A stretch of DNA of 64,000 nt from an uncultured Gammaproteobacteria bacterium. Lineage in GTDB: Bacteria; Pseudomonadota; Gammaproteobacteria; SZUA-229. The notes below the pieces were generated by a model. That model was not told the DNA's origin, searched no databases, and worked only from the letters and a program-made list of their open reading frames with translations. Made by a program: the position numbers and the translations under genes. Shown in pieces: positions 29,490-39,449 of the stretch. The stretch is from positions 5,593 to 69,592 of the forward strand of contig CALLCZ010000032.1 of NCBI GenBank assembly GCA_937998645.1, given 5' to 3'. Position 1 is the first letter of the stretch, and each line of letters starts with the position of its first letter.

Positions 29490-29528
29490 TAACAATTCAT
29501 TCAGAAACTTACATCATCAGGGGAAAAA

Positions 29529-30563
29529 ATGGATATTGCGCAGCTGCTGGCCTTTACTGTCAAGAATGGCGCATCTGACCTTCACTTGTCGGCAGGTTTG
29601 CCGCCGATGATCCGTGTTGACGGCGATGTGCGTCGAATCAATGTGGATCCGATGAATCACGAGCTTGTGCATGGCATGGTGTATGACATCATGAACGATA
29701 AACAGCGCAAAGCTTATGAAGAGTATTTTGAAACTGATTTCTCGTTCGAAATTCCCGGTCTGGCGCGTTTTCGTGTTAACGCGTTCAATCACAACAGGGG
29801 TTCCGGTGCGGTCTTTCGTACGATTCCCTCGAAGATCCTGACGCTGGAAGAACTTAAAGCGCCGAGGATATTCGAAGAAATATCCGATACGCCTCGCGGC
29901 ATCGTGCTGGTTACCGGACCAACCGGATCAGGTAAATCGACCACACTCGCGGGCATGGTCAACTATGTGAACGAAAACCACTACGGCCATATTCTGACCA
30001 TTGAGGATCCTATCGAGTTTGTCCACGAGAGCAAGAAATGCCTGATTAACCAGCGTGAGGTTCATCGTGATACCCTGGGTTTCAGTGAGGCACTTCGTTC
30101 TGCATTGCGTGAGGACCCGGATGTGATCCTGGTGGGTGAGATGCGCGACCTTGAAACCATTCGTCTGGCACTTTCGGCTGCAGAAACCGGCCACCTTGTT
30201 TTCGGTACCCTGCATACCAGTTCCGCAGCAAAAACTATCGACCGTGTTGTCGATGTGTTCCCGGCCGCAGAAAAAGAAATGGTGCGTTCAATGCTGTCAG
30301 AATCGCTGCGCGCAGTCATTTCACAAACGCTGTTGAAGAAGATCGGCGGCGGGCGTGTAGCTGCTCACGAGATCATGCTGGGTACGCCGGCGATTCGCAA
30401 CCTGATACGCGAAAACAAGATCGCACAGATGTACTCGGCTATCCAGACAGGCCAGTCTATAGGGATGCAGACACTGGACCAGAACCTGCAGGAATTGCTC
30501 AATAAGGGTCTCATCAGTAAGGATGAGGCAATTAAAAAGGCCGCCAATAAAGATGCCTTTTAG
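29529..30563 (+). CDS. pilT: type IV pilus retraction ATPase PilT
   Basis: 344 aa. Walker A GPTGSGKST, Asp box, His box, and AIRNLIRE motif. Near-identical in layout to Pseudomonas PilT. Confidence 0.92.
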   Translation: MDIAQLLAFTVKNGASDLHLSAGLPPMIRVDGDVRRINVDPMNHELVHGMVYDIMNDKQRKAYEEYFETDFSFEIPGLARFRVNAFNHNRGSGAVFRTIPSKILTLEELKAPRIFEEISDTPRGIVLVTGPTGSGKSTTLAGMVNYVNENHYGHILTIEDPIEFVHESKKCLINQREVHRDTLGFSEALRSALREDPDVILVGEMRDLETIRLALSAAETGHLVFGTLHTSSAAKTIDRVVDVFPAAEKEMVRSMLSESLRAVISQTLLKKIGGGRVAAHEIMLGTPAIRNLIRENKIAQMYSAIQTGQSIGMQTLDQNLQELLNKGLISKDEAIKKAANKDAF

Positions 30564-30651
30564 AGTCCCGATCTTTGCTATAGCAGTGAAATTGCACATT
30601 AAATAGCTATACTTTCCTGAATGACGCTCGAATTTAATGAGGTGAGGCGAG

Positions 30652-31824
30652 ATGGATCGCGATAAGGCCATACGGTACATGCATGATCTTCTGCGTATGA
30701 TGGTGCAGAAGGATGGCTCTGATTTATTTATTACCGCGGGGGCAGTACCTTCGATAAAGGTTGACGGTAAAATGACACCGCTGTCGAACCAGTCGCTGAG
30801 TCCCCAACATACCCAGGTGCTGGTGCATTCAATCATGAATGACAGGCAAATGGCGGAATTTGACGCCAACCAGGAATGCAACTTCGCAATCAGTTTGCCA
30901 GGTGTATCTCGATTTCGTGTAAATGCCTTTACCCAACGTGGTTCGGCCGGCGTTGTCCTGCGTGTGATTCGCTCGGATATTCCTGAATTTGCCGACCTCG
31001 ATTTACCGCCTATTCTGAAAGATGTTGCCATGACTTCGCGTGGCCTGGTTATTTTCGTTGGTGCGACCGGTTCAGGTAAATCGACCTCGCTGGCGGCAAT
31101 GGTGGGTTACCGGAATGAGAACAGCAAGGGTCATATCATTACTATCGAGGACCCGATTGAGTTTATTCACAACCACAGAAACTGTATCGTTACCCAGCGT
31201 GAAATTGGCGTAGATACTGAATCTTATGAAATTGCCCTGAAGAATACGTTGCGCCAGGCGCCTGACGTTATATTGATTGGCGAGATTCGTGACCGTGAAA
31301 CCATGGATTATGCTATCGCGTTCGCTGAAACCGGCCACCTGTGCCTGTCAACCCTGCACGCTAACAGCACCAACCAGGCACTTGACCGTATTATCAACTT
31401 TTTCCCCGAAGAACGACGTGCACAGCTGCTGATGGATTTGTCGCTGAACCTGAAAGGCATCATTTCGCAGCGTCTGATACCCAGGAGAGACAGTGAAGGC
31501 CGTGTGCCAGCGGTGGAAGTAATGTTGAATACGCCGCTGATGTCAGACCTGATATTCAAAGGCCATGTGCATGAAATCAAGGAACTCATGGCCAAGTCGA
31601 ATGAGCTTGGCATGCACACATTTGATCAGGCCTTGTTTGACCTGTATGAATCCGGCTATATCAGCTATGAAGATGCATTACGTAATGCGGATTCTCTCAA
31701 TGACCTGCGTCTGCGTATCAAGCTCGAAAGCAAGGGCTCAAAAAAAGAAGACATCATGTCCGGGCTCGACAGTCTTTCGGTGGAAGAATCTTCAGACAGT
31801 ACCACCGCCAGTGTTTTGCGTTAG
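30652..31824 (+). CDS. pilU: PilT-family ATPase PilU
   Basis: 390 aa. GATGSGKST, PilT-family core, and a C-terminal extension typical of PilU. Confidence 0.85.
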   Translation: MDRDKAIRYMHDLLRMMVQKDGSDLFITAGAVPSIKVDGKMTPLSNQSLSPQHTQVLVHSIMNDRQMAEFDANQECNFAISLPGVSRFRVNAFTQRGSAGVVLRVIRSDIPEFADLDLPPILKDVAMTSRGLVIFVGATGSGKSTSLAAMVGYRNENSKGHIITIEDPIEFIHNHRNCIVTQREIGVDTESYEIALKNTLRQAPDVILIGEIRDRETMDYAIAFAETGHLCLSTLHANSTNQALDRIINFFPEERRAQLLMDLSLNLKGIISQRLIPRRDSEGRVPAVEVMLNTPLMSDLIFKGHVHEIKELMAKSNELGMHTFDQALFDLYESGYISYEDALRNADSLNDLRLRIKLESKGSKKEDIMSGLDSLSVEESSDSTTASVLR

Positions 31825-31851
31825 CCTGCATATTGCACGAAGGCACACACT

Positions 31852-32991
31852 ATGAATTTACAGCCCTACCTCAAGCTAATGTCAGAGCAACATGCTTCTG
31901 ATATGTATTTCACCACGGGTGCGCCGGTGAGCGTTCGCATTGAGGGCAAGATGCGTCCTGTTGGAAAAAGCATGCTGTCACCCGGCATGACGCGCAAGCT
32001 GGCGTATGACCTGTTGTCGCCTGCGCAGATCAAGGATTTCGAGAACAATCTCGAGTTCAACATGGGCATCTCGTACACGGATCTCGGTCGCTTCCGCATC
32101 AACATGTATATGCAGCGAGGCGAAGTTTCGATGGTTATTCGCTATATCAAGGCAGATATTCCTTCGATTGATGACCTTGGCTTACCCGCTGTTTACAAGA
32201 GCATCATGAAGAAAAAGAAGGGGCTTGTATTTATAGTGGGTGCAACCGGAACGGGTAAATCAACATCGCTTGCCTCCATGCTGGATTACCGTAATTCACT
32301 CGATACCGGCCACATTCTCACCATCGAAGATCCGATCGAGTTCATGTTTCATCACAAGAAATGCATTATCGGTCAGCGTGAAGTCGGACTGGATACGCTG
32401 TCGTTTGAAAATGCCTTGTGCGAGGCTATGCGTGAAGCACCGGATGTCATCATGATTGGTGAGGCGCGTGATCGAATGACTGTCGAATCCGCGCTGCGAT
32501 ATGCCGATACCGGGCACCTGTGTCTGACGACTTTACACGCAACAAATTCAAACCAGACACTGGACCGTATCCTCAATTTTTTCCCCAGTGATGCGCACAA
32601 CCAGATACTGATGGATCTGTCACTGAACCTGAATGCGATTCTTGCACAGCGACTTGTTTCTTCGGCTGATGGTGCTCGCGTTGTTGCTACGGAAGTACTG
32701 ATCAATACACCTTATATAAGCCAGTTGATTCGTGACGGGAATTTTCACGGTATAAAAGAGATCATGGAAAAAGGTGCTGACGTTGGCATGCAGACTTTCG
32801 ACCAGTCTCTATATAACTTGTTCAAGGATGGAAAGATCGACCTGAAAACAGCACTGGCCAATGCAGATTCCAGCAGCGACCTTGAGTGGCGTATTAACTT
32901 CGGCGGCGGGGTGAAAGATATGCAACAAAAAGATCAAAATCCGGATACGCTGCAGTTCCCGGCTACCAACGCAGACCTGAAGAAATCCTGA
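31852..32991 (+). CDS. third PilT/PilU-family ATPase (PilU paralogue)
   Basis: 379 aa. GATGTGKST and PilT-family core. It sits immediately downstream of pilU on the same strand. Confidence 0.8.
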   Translation: MNLQPYLKLMSEQHASDMYFTTGAPVSVRIEGKMRPVGKSMLSPGMTRKLAYDLLSPAQIKDFENNLEFNMGISYTDLGRFRINMYMQRGEVSMVIRYIKADIPSIDDLGLPAVYKSIMKKKKGLVFIVGATGTGKSTSLASMLDYRNSLDTGHILTIEDPIEFMFHHKKCIIGQREVGLDTLSFENALCEAMREAPDVIMIGEARDRMTVESALRYADTGHLCLTTLHATNSNQTLDRILNFFPSDAHNQILMDLSLNLNAILAQRLVSSADGARVVATEVLINTPYISQLIRDGNFHGIKEIMEKGADVGMQTFDQSLYNLFKDGKIDLKTALANADSSSDLEWRINFGGGVKDMQQKDQNPDTLQFPATNADLKKS

Positions 32992-32999
32992 TTTTTTAA

Positions 33000-33031
33000 C
33001 GCAAAGTCGCAAAGGTGCAGAGAGCGCAAAG
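33000..33031. repeat. REP-like octamer repeat (CGCAAAG TCGCAAAG GTGCAGAG AGCGCAAAG)
   Basis: Same repeat family. A related GCGGCTAAAGCCGC hairpin motif at about 33195–33221 is shared with 13688–13713. Confidence 0.45.
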
Positions 33032-33244
33032 AATGTTTTTTGTGTATATGCAGTCGTAGGAGTGGACCTTCGGCTTCGCTCAGCACAGGCTTTTGCCGCT
33101 AATGATTTATCGATTGGCAGGTTTATTTTTCGCCGCAAACAGCGCCAAAAACGCGATATGTTTTAATAATAAAAATGATTTGCGCATTTGGCGTTATTCG
33201 CGGCTAAAGCCGCTTCTACGTCCAGAACAAAATACCAAAATACA

Positions 33245-33568
33245 TTACTGCTTCTTTGCGCTCGTGATATAGACACCGTTAGCAAAATCATCAAAATACA
33301 TATCAACAGCCGGATGGTTGATGGCTTCGTTGCTATGGTCCTGTTCAAGGTGGCGTTCCGCTACATAAGTCATTTGTTCGCTGTTGTGTACCAGCACGTG
33401 GTACCAGGGTTTGTCTTTTGGCGGCCGGCTCAATGCAACCTGTTGATACCATTCTTCGGTTCCTTCAAATACCGCATCTACATCGATAATGACGCCGCGG
33501 TAATCGAATTTTTTATGGTGTACGAGCTGTCCGATGAAGAACAACGGTTTTATCGCTGCTGTGGACAT
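33245..33568 (-). CDS. hspQ: heat-shock protein HspQ (YccV-like hemimethylated-DNA-binding domain)
   Basis: 107 aa. F.IGQ.V.H...YRGVI.DVD ... PWYHVLV motif characteristic of HspQ. Confidence 0.7.
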   Translation of the reverse strand: MSTAAIKPLFFIGQLVHHKKFDYRGVIIDVDAVFEGTEEWYQQVALSRPPKDKPWYHVLVHNSEQMTYVAERHLEQDHSNEAINHPAVDMYFDDFANGVYITSAKKQ

Positions 33569-34845
33569 CAGGCAGTGTAAACCAGTCGGCCATCGATAAT
33601 GGTATGGCGAACCTTGCCCTGAAAATTCCAGCCTTCAAAAGGTGTGTTTTTGCCACGGCTGAGCATGGTGGAAGTGTCAAGTTGCCAATCCTGCTCAGGG
33701 TCATAGATACAGATGTCAGCCGGCCTGTTCGTTGCGAGCACGCCCGCGTCAATACCAAGAATAGCTGCCGGCTGCGTCGATACCAGGCTGAGTGCAGTAT
33801 AGGTGGGCACCACCTGTTCATGCACAAGCCTCAAAGTGAGAGGCAGTAAAGTTTCCAGTGATGATATGCCGGCTTGCGTGCTGGCAAACGGCGCCTGTTT
33901 TGCATCGGGCTCATGCGGCTGGTGATCGGAACATATAGCATCAATTACGCCATCCTTGAGCGCCTCGCGCAACGCTTCCATATCGCGCTGGCTGCGCAAC
34001 GGTGGCAATACATGGCACATGCTGTTGAAGCTGTTGATGTCCATTTCGCTGAGAAACAATTGATGCGCACTGACATCAGCCGTGATGGTCATACCTTGTT
34101 CTTTTGCACGACGAATTAACTCGACTCCGTGCGCAGAAGAAAGACGGCCAAAATGTGCTCTTGCTCCGGTTTCCAGTATAAGTTCAAGCGCTCTTGAAAT
34201 GGCCACGGTCTCGGCCGAGACAGGGATGCCCTGTAGTCCCAGCCGGGTAGCAACCTTACCATCATGGGCGCAGCCGCCCGTACTCAGCCAGTGCTCATCA
34301 GGTTCGATAAAGACAGTTATACCGAAGTTGGCTGCATAGGAATAAGCACGGCGCAGTATAAGTGTGTTGGCAACAGGTCTGCGACTGTTACTGACGCCAA
34401 CACATCCGGCAGCTTTCAAGGTGGCCATTTCGCTGAGCAGATTGCCTTCGAGTCCACGGGTCAGTGCGCCAAGTGTGACTACTTTTGTATGCGACGCATT
34501 GACGGCTTTGCGATGAATCAGTTCGACCACGGCTGGTTCATCGATTACAGGGTCAGTGTCCGGTGGGCAGCACAAGGTGGTAATGCCGGCACTGGCAGCG
34601 GCAGTGACCTCGGAGTGAATATCGGCTTTGAACTCGAGACCGGGCTCTCTCAGCCTTGCGCTCAAGTCAACCAGCCCGGGACTGATGATAAGACCGGTCG
34701 CATCAATGCTCAGGTCTGCTTCAAAGCCAACGGGTTCGTGGTCGATAGCAATGATATTGCCATCTGCAATATAAACATTGCTGGTCTTGACTGATTGTGT
34801 AACCGGGTCGAGTATCAGTCCGTTTGAAACCAGCAGGCGATTCAT
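33568..34845 (-). CDS. pyrC': dihydroorotase-like protein, probably non-catalytic (PyrC' type)
   Basis: 425 aa DHOase fold, but the metal-binding HxH of the DxHVHxR motif is replaced (GLVDLSARLREPG). It lies immediately downstream of pyrB, as in Pseudomonas. Confidence 0.75.
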   Translation of the reverse strand: MNRLLVSNGLILDPVTQSVKTSNVYIADGNIIAIDHEPVGFEADLSIDATGLIISPGLVDLSARLREPGLEFKADIHSEVTAAASAGITTLCCPPDTDPVIDEPAVVELIHRKAVNASHTKVVTLGALTRGLEGNLLSEMATLKAAGCVGVSNSRRPVANTLILRRAYSYAANFGITVFIEPDEHWLSTGGCAHDGKVATRLGLQGIPVSAETVAISRALELILETGARAHFGRLSSAHGVELIRRAKEQGMTITADVSAHQLFLSEMDINSFNSMCHVLPPLRSQRDMEALREALKDGVIDAICSDHQPHEPDAKQAPFASTQAGISSLETLLPLTLRLVHEQVVPTYTALSLVSTQPAAILGIDAGVLATNRPADICIYDPEQDWQLDTSTMLSRGKNTPFEGWNFQGKVRHTIIDGRLVYTA

Positions 34846-35882
34846 CAGTTCGTCTCCGTTGCATTCTGTTCAGGCTCGCGACCGAGAACCATGGACATCA
34901 CGGCCATGCGCACAGAGATGCCATAAGTCACCTGGTCGAGAATAACGGAGCGCACACCGTCAGCTACGCGTGATTCAATTTCCACTCCGCGATTGATCGG
35001 GCCCGGGTGCATGACGATGGCGTCATCCCTGGCTACGCGCAGGCGATCTTCAGTCAAACCGTACTGGCTGTAATATTCATGCTCGCTGGGCAGGAAAGCG
35101 CCCTGCATGCGTTCTTTCTGCAGCCGCAGCATGATGATTACATCGGCGTCCTTGATGCCTGCTTCGAGGTCATTGTAAATACTAACGCCCATATCCTCGA
35201 CGTCAGTCGGCAGCAGCGTCTTGGGCGCTATCACGCGCACATCACCGGTATTCAGAATATTCAATGCGTGGATTTGCGAGCGGGCAACGCGTGAGTGCAG
35301 CAGGTCACCTACGATGGCAACGCGCAAGCCACCAAAATCCCGTCCCTTGTTTCGTCGAATCGTGAACATGTCGAGCATGGCCTGTGTCGGGTGCGCGTGA
35401 CGACCGTCACCGGCGTTGATCACGCTGATATGCGGGGCTACATTGCCGGCGATAAAATGCGCGGCGCCTGAATCGCTGTGGCGCACGATAAACATGTCAC
35501 ACAGCATCGCCTGCAGGTTTTGCAAGGTATCGAGTAATGACTCGCCCTTGGTGGTTGCCGAAGTGCTGATATTGATATTGAGTATGTCGGCCGAGAGTCT
35601 TTTCGCGGCCAGTTCAAATGTTGTGCGGGTGCGTGTACTTGCTTCGAAAAACAGGTTGACTATGGTTTTGCCGCGCAATAACGGGACTTTCTTGACGCGT
35701 TGTTCATTTACGTTGGCGAAACTTTCTGCGGTGTCAAGAATGCTGGTCAGCATATCACTGCCAAGCCCTTCAATGGTAAGAAAATGTTTCAGTCTGCCGT
35801 TGCTGTCGAGCTGAATGTTCCAGCTGTCATTGCCGATCAGTGGGTCCGTTGGCCGGGTTGGTTTATTGGACATGGCGTTCAC
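34845..35882 (-). CDS. pyrB: aspartate carbamoyltransferase catalytic subunit
   Basis: STRTR carbamoyl-phosphate motif, HPTQ, and HPGP motifs. Confidence 0.9.
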   Translation of the reverse strand: MNAMSNKPTRPTDPLIGNDSWNIQLDSNGRLKHFLTIEGLGSDMLTSILDTAESFANVNEQRVKKVPLLRGKTIVNLFFEASTRTRTTFELAAKRLSADILNINISTSATTKGESLLDTLQNLQAMLCDMFIVRHSDSGAAHFIAGNVAPHISVINAGDGRHAHPTQAMLDMFTIRRNKGRDFGGLRVAIVGDLLHSRVARSQIHALNILNTGDVRVIAPKTLLPTDVEDMGVSIYNDLEAGIKDADVIIMLRLQKERMQGAFLPSEHEYYSQYGLTEDRLRVARDDAIVMHPGPINRGVEIESRVADGVRSVILDQVTYGISVRMAVMSMVLGREPEQNATETN

Positions 35883-35936
35883 CTGTGCAGGGCAGGGTGG
35901 TCTTGTTCAGTGTGCTTTCCAGATCCACACGCATGC

Positions 35937-36434
35937 TTAATTGATAACGAATTCAAGTGGGTCGGGGCCGCCCAGTTTGATATGTTGTTGAGGGCTGATC
36001 TGCAGGTGCTGACCGATAATGTCAGCCTGTATTGGCAGTTCTCTTCCGCTGCGGTCAACAAGGCATACCAGGGTAATACTGGCCGGACGCCCATAGTCAA
36101 ATATCTCGTTCATGGCGGCGCGTATGGTACGGCCGGTCTGCAACACGTCGTCAACCAGGATAATGTGCCTGTCTTCTACCTGTGGCGGCAGGCTGGATGG
36201 TTTTACCCGGGGATTCATTCCTATACGGGAAAAATCATCGCGGTAAAAGCTGATATCGAGAGTGGCCAGCGGTCGTGAAATGCCCAGCTTTGCATGCAGC
36301 CTGTTAGCTATCCAGGCCCCACCTGTGTGGATGCCCACCATCAAAGGATCATCGATCTCGCGCTCTACGAGCAGTATTTTCAGATCGTCTGCCAGTTTCT
36401 CCAGAAGTTGATCTGGTTTGGCAATTTCATCCAT
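35937..36434 (-). CDS. pyrR: PyrR (pyrimidine operon regulator / uracil phosphoribosyltransferase)
   Basis: 165 aa. PRTase motif ILVDDVLQTGRTIRAA. Confidence 0.85.
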   Translation of the reverse strand: MDEIAKPDQLLEKLADDLKILLVEREIDDPLMVGIHTGGAWIANRLHAKLGISRPLATLDISFYRDDFSRIGMNPRVKPSSLPPQVEDRHIILVDDVLQTGRTIRAAMNEIFDYGRPASITLVCLVDRSGRELPIQADIIGQHLQISPQQHIKLGGPDPLEFVIN

Positions 36435-36451
36435 AGATGTGGAGCCTTTAA

Positions 36452-36886
36452 TTAAGGGTCATATTGCGAGTTAAGCCAGCTTTGAACAATGATGGCCGCG
36501 GCCATTTTATCAATCTCGTGCTTGTTGTGCTTGGATATTTTTATATCATGCCTGAGCTGCTCTTCAGCTTCATAAGATGAAAGGCTCTCGTCGATGGTGT
36601 AAACCGGTAAATTGAAGCGATGCTCGAGTTTTCTGCTGAAATTGCGTGCAGCACGGGTGATATCGCTTTCTCCACCATCCGTCTGGTAGGGAATGCCAAC
36701 GATAAGCGCGTCGGGCTTCCACTGCCTGATCTGTGATCCGATGCTTTCCCAGTCAGGCTGTTGATTGACGGACTGGAGGGTGATCAGTGGTGAAGCGGTA
36801 CCGGTGATGGTTTGTCCTGTGGCAAGTCCGATACGCTTGAGGCCAAAATCAAAGCCTATGACTGACCGGATTACAGGATCACTCAT
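36452..36886 (-). CDS. ruvX: Holliday-junction resolvase-like RNase YqgF/RuvX
   Basis: GFDFGLKRIGLA N-terminus, 144 aa. Confidence 0.85.
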   Translation of the reverse strand: MSDPVIRSVIGFDFGLKRIGLATGQTITGTASPLITLQSVNQQPDWESIGSQIRQWKPDALIVGIPYQTDGGESDITRAARNFSRKLEHRFNLPVYTIDESLSSYEAEEQLRHDIKISKHNKHEIDKMAAAIIVQSWLNSQYDP

Positions 36887-37443
36887 GCATGCCCGGCATC
36901 ATTGCTCATGAGCTGTAAATCGACGCCGATCAGGTCGGCGGCAGCCTGCCATCTTTCTTCAATCGGTGTGTTGAAAATGATCTGTTCTTCTGCCGGGCAA
37001 CTGAGCCAGGTATTGTCGGCCATTTCCTGCTCCAGCTGTCCGGGCCCCCAGCCGGCATAACCCAGTGTAATGATATTGTCATCGGGGCCCTTGTCGTCGG
37101 CGATGGCTTCAAGAATGTCGCGTGATGTCGTCAGCGCTATTGAATCATTGACGATCAGGCTTGAATCCCAGTTGCCTATTGGGCGATGCAACACAAAACC
37201 ACGGTTTGCCTGAACCGGGCCGCCGTTAAATACCTGCACGGCGTTAGCTTTATCCGGGTGATAGGGTATTTTCATCTGCTGCATGACATCATCCAGGGAG
37301 ATTTCAGATTCGCGATTGATGATGATACCGAAGGTTCCGTTGTCGTCATGCTCGCAAATAAACGTAACCGCCTGGTTGAAGTTCTCATCCATCAGGCCCG
37401 GCATGGCGATTATGAACTGGTTAGTCAGGCTGTTATCGGTCAT
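36883..37443 (-). CDS. yqgE: YqgE/AlgH-family protein
   Basis: FIIAMPGL ... GGPV...GFVLH ... GYAGWGPGQLE motifs. Confidence 0.85.
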   Translation of the reverse strand: MTDNSLTNQFIIAMPGLMDENFNQAVTFICEHDDNGTFGIIINRESEISLDDVMQQMKIPYHPDKANAVQVFNGGPVQANRGFVLHRPIGNWDSSLIVNDSIALTTSRDILEAIADDKGPDDNIITLGYAGWGPGQLEQEMADNTWLSCPAEEQIIFNTPIEERWQAAADLIGVDLQLMSNDAGHA

Positions 37444-37445
37444 TA

Positions 37446-38324
37446 TCAGTTTGTACGCAGGCTGCTGTCATTGAGGAATTCCCAGCTTCGGGTTATGTGT
37501 ATGACATCGGCTTCCTGGCGAAGTTTTGGCGGGAATGGTGAATAGGGTGCGGCCAGCTGCACAATGCGTTTAGCCGCATCGTCGAGTATTTGATGCCCTG
37601 AAGATTGCCTCAGGTCTGTCTTGACCAGTTCGCCATCCGCATTGATAACGACATCAAGAATCAGGGTGCCGCTCAGCTTATCACGCCTGGCCTGGTCCGG
37701 GTAATTCAGGTTTCCAATACGTTCAACCCTGTTGATCCACTGGCGCATATAAGTGGCAGGCACAAATTCACGGGTGCTCGAATTCAGGTACCTGGTGCGT
37801 GTTTTTTCCGCATGGTTCTGAATTTGAGTGCTTAACTCGTGTGCCAGTCGTGCCTGTTTACTGTTCTGGTTCTGGTTTTGCCTGTTTTGCGAGGTAGTAT
37901 TGTTCGGGTTCTGCTTGTCTTCATCGGTGTCGATGCTGTAGCTGGAATTATCCTGATGGAGCAGTGCGACTTCTTCAACCTGCTTCTGGCTGGCCAGTTG
38001 CTGCTGTGAAGTTGCCATGGCCATACCGGGATTTTTTGACAGGCTGGGTGCGGTAAACAGGTCTGTGGGGCGGCTTTGTTCCTCGCTATTGCCGCCGCCC
38101 TGTTGTGATACCTGCGCCAGGTATTTCGCGTCTTCTGCTTCCGAGGGGTTTTGTGTCTGCACCAGGATAACATCCAGTGTCGGCAGTGATTCGCTTTCTG
38201 CAGGGGGCGAGATACTGAAGGTGATGCCCAGAATGACGATGCCATGAAAAACAGCCGCCAGGAACAGCGTCATTCCCAGGCGGTCGTTGTCTGTAATTTG
38301 TGGTGCCCTGGCTACGGTAGTCAT
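37446..38324 (-). CDS. TonB-family protein (TonB3-like), with a Gln/Asn-rich low-complexity linker
   Basis: N-terminal TM and C-terminal TonB_C domain (...LSGTLILDVVINADGELVKTDLRQSSGHQILDDAAKRIV...). Its position matches Pseudomonas tonB3 next to gshB/pilG. Confidence 0.6.
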   Translation of the reverse strand: MTTVARAPQITDNDRLGMTLFLAAVFHGIVILGITFSISPPAESESLPTLDVILVQTQNPSEAEDAKYLAQVSQQGGGNSEEQSRPTDLFTAPSLSKNPGMAMATSQQQLASQKQVEEVALLHQDNSSYSIDTDEDKQNPNNTTSQNRQNQNQNSKQARLAHELSTQIQNHAEKTRTRYLNSSTREFVPATYMRQWINRVERIGNLNYPDQARRDKLSGTLILDVVINADGELVKTDLRQSSGHQILDDAAKRIVQLAAPYSPFPPKLRQEADVIHITRSWEFLNDSSLRTN

Positions 38325-38364
38325 TATTATATGTATAGCAGTTTTTTTCTGACCATTAGTTTAA

Positions 38365-39438
38365 TTATAGTGGCTGACTGATGACAATGTGGAAAGTTTC
38401 GGAATTTTCCAGATGAATACGTTTTTGCATCGCAGGATTCATATGAATGCGAAACCCGGCGTCTATCAGCATCACGTACTTGATGTCCATGGCACGGGCG
38501 ATTTCATACCAGTGTTCGGGGCCGGCCACAAACAGTGCCGTGGCTGCGGCATCGGCGATGCCTGCATCGTGATGAATTACGGTAACTGAAATGGAACCCG
38601 TCGCCGGATAGCCTGTACGGGGATCAAGGATGTGGTGGTAGCGCTTGCCATCGTACATATAAAAGCGCTCATAATCGCCCGAAGTAAAGATACTCTCATT
38701 GGGCTCGGTATCAAGCCATGCAATCACGCCGTCTTTCCTGGGGTGGCGAATGCCGATACGCCATGGACGTTCGCCATGCTGCCCAATCACGCGAAGATCA
38801 CCGCCGGCATTAATCACTGCATTTTCAATACCCTGTGATTGCAGGTACTGCATGGCAAGATCAATTGCATAGCCCTTGGCGAAAGCGCCCAGACTCAGTT
38901 GAACGCCCGGGTTGCGGCTTTCCACTAGTGCCCCGTTAATATGAATATCAGACATATCAGGATCTTGCGTTACCAGTTTATCAATGTCAGCTGCATCAGG
39001 CGGGCTGATGTCGCTTTCATCATGCCGGTGCATCTGCCACAGGTTAATCAAATTGCCAATTGCGGGGTTAAACAGTCCGTTGCTTTTTTCGAACAGGTCT
39101 TTTGAAGCGATAATCAAAGGTAGTACCGCCTGTGGCGCCGAAATCCGGCTGCCAGCCTCAATCGATTCATTGATTCGACTGAGATCGCTACCTGTTTCCC
39201 AGGGGCTCCAGCTGGCATGGTAAGCGTGGAACCTGCTTTCGAGATGATCGAATGCGGCATTTGCCTTTGTTTCGCTGGTGTTAAGCAGCGTGATTTCGAT
39301 CAGGGTGCCGAAAGCAAAGATGGTGTGCTTGAATTCGGTGCTGGTAGTATTGCTGCAGGATGCCGTTAACAGGTACACAGCTGACAGCAGTATCAGGCGG
39401 AGGAAGAATGCCTGTTTCAGGTGTTTGTTGATATGCAA
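38365..39438 (-). CDS. apbE: FAD:protein FMN transferase (ApbE family lipoprotein)
   Basis: Lipobox LLTASCS. ApbE-family motifs (GAFAKGYAID, GGD...). Confidence 0.8.
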   Translation of the reverse strand: MHINKHLKQAFFLRLILLSAVYLLTASCSNTTSTEFKHTIFAFGTLIEITLLNTSETKANAAFDHLESRFHAYHASWSPWETGSDLSRINESIEAGSRISAPQAVLPLIIASKDLFEKSNGLFNPAIGNLINLWQMHRHDESDISPPDAADIDKLVTQDPDMSDIHINGALVESRNPGVQLSLGAFAKGYAIDLAMQYLQSQGIENAVINAGGDLRVIGQHGERPWRIGIRHPRKDGVIAWLDTEPNESIFTSGDYERFYMYDGKRYHHILDPRTGYPATGSISVTVIHHDAGIADAAATALFVAGPEHWYEIARAMDIKYVMLIDAGFRIHMNPAMQKRIHLENSETFHIVISQPL

Positions 39439-39449
39439 GGGATTCGAGT

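Noticed and set aside
28425-29528. tmRNA or RNase P RNA in the ORF-free structured region
   Set aside because: Neither the tRNA-like 3' end (…GGGTTCGAATCCC…CCA) nor tmRNA/RNase P conserved blocks (P4 helix AGGAAAGUCCGGGCUCC…ACAGAACCCGGCUUA) are present. Only a 10-nt chance match GTCCGGGCTC was seen. The identity remains open.
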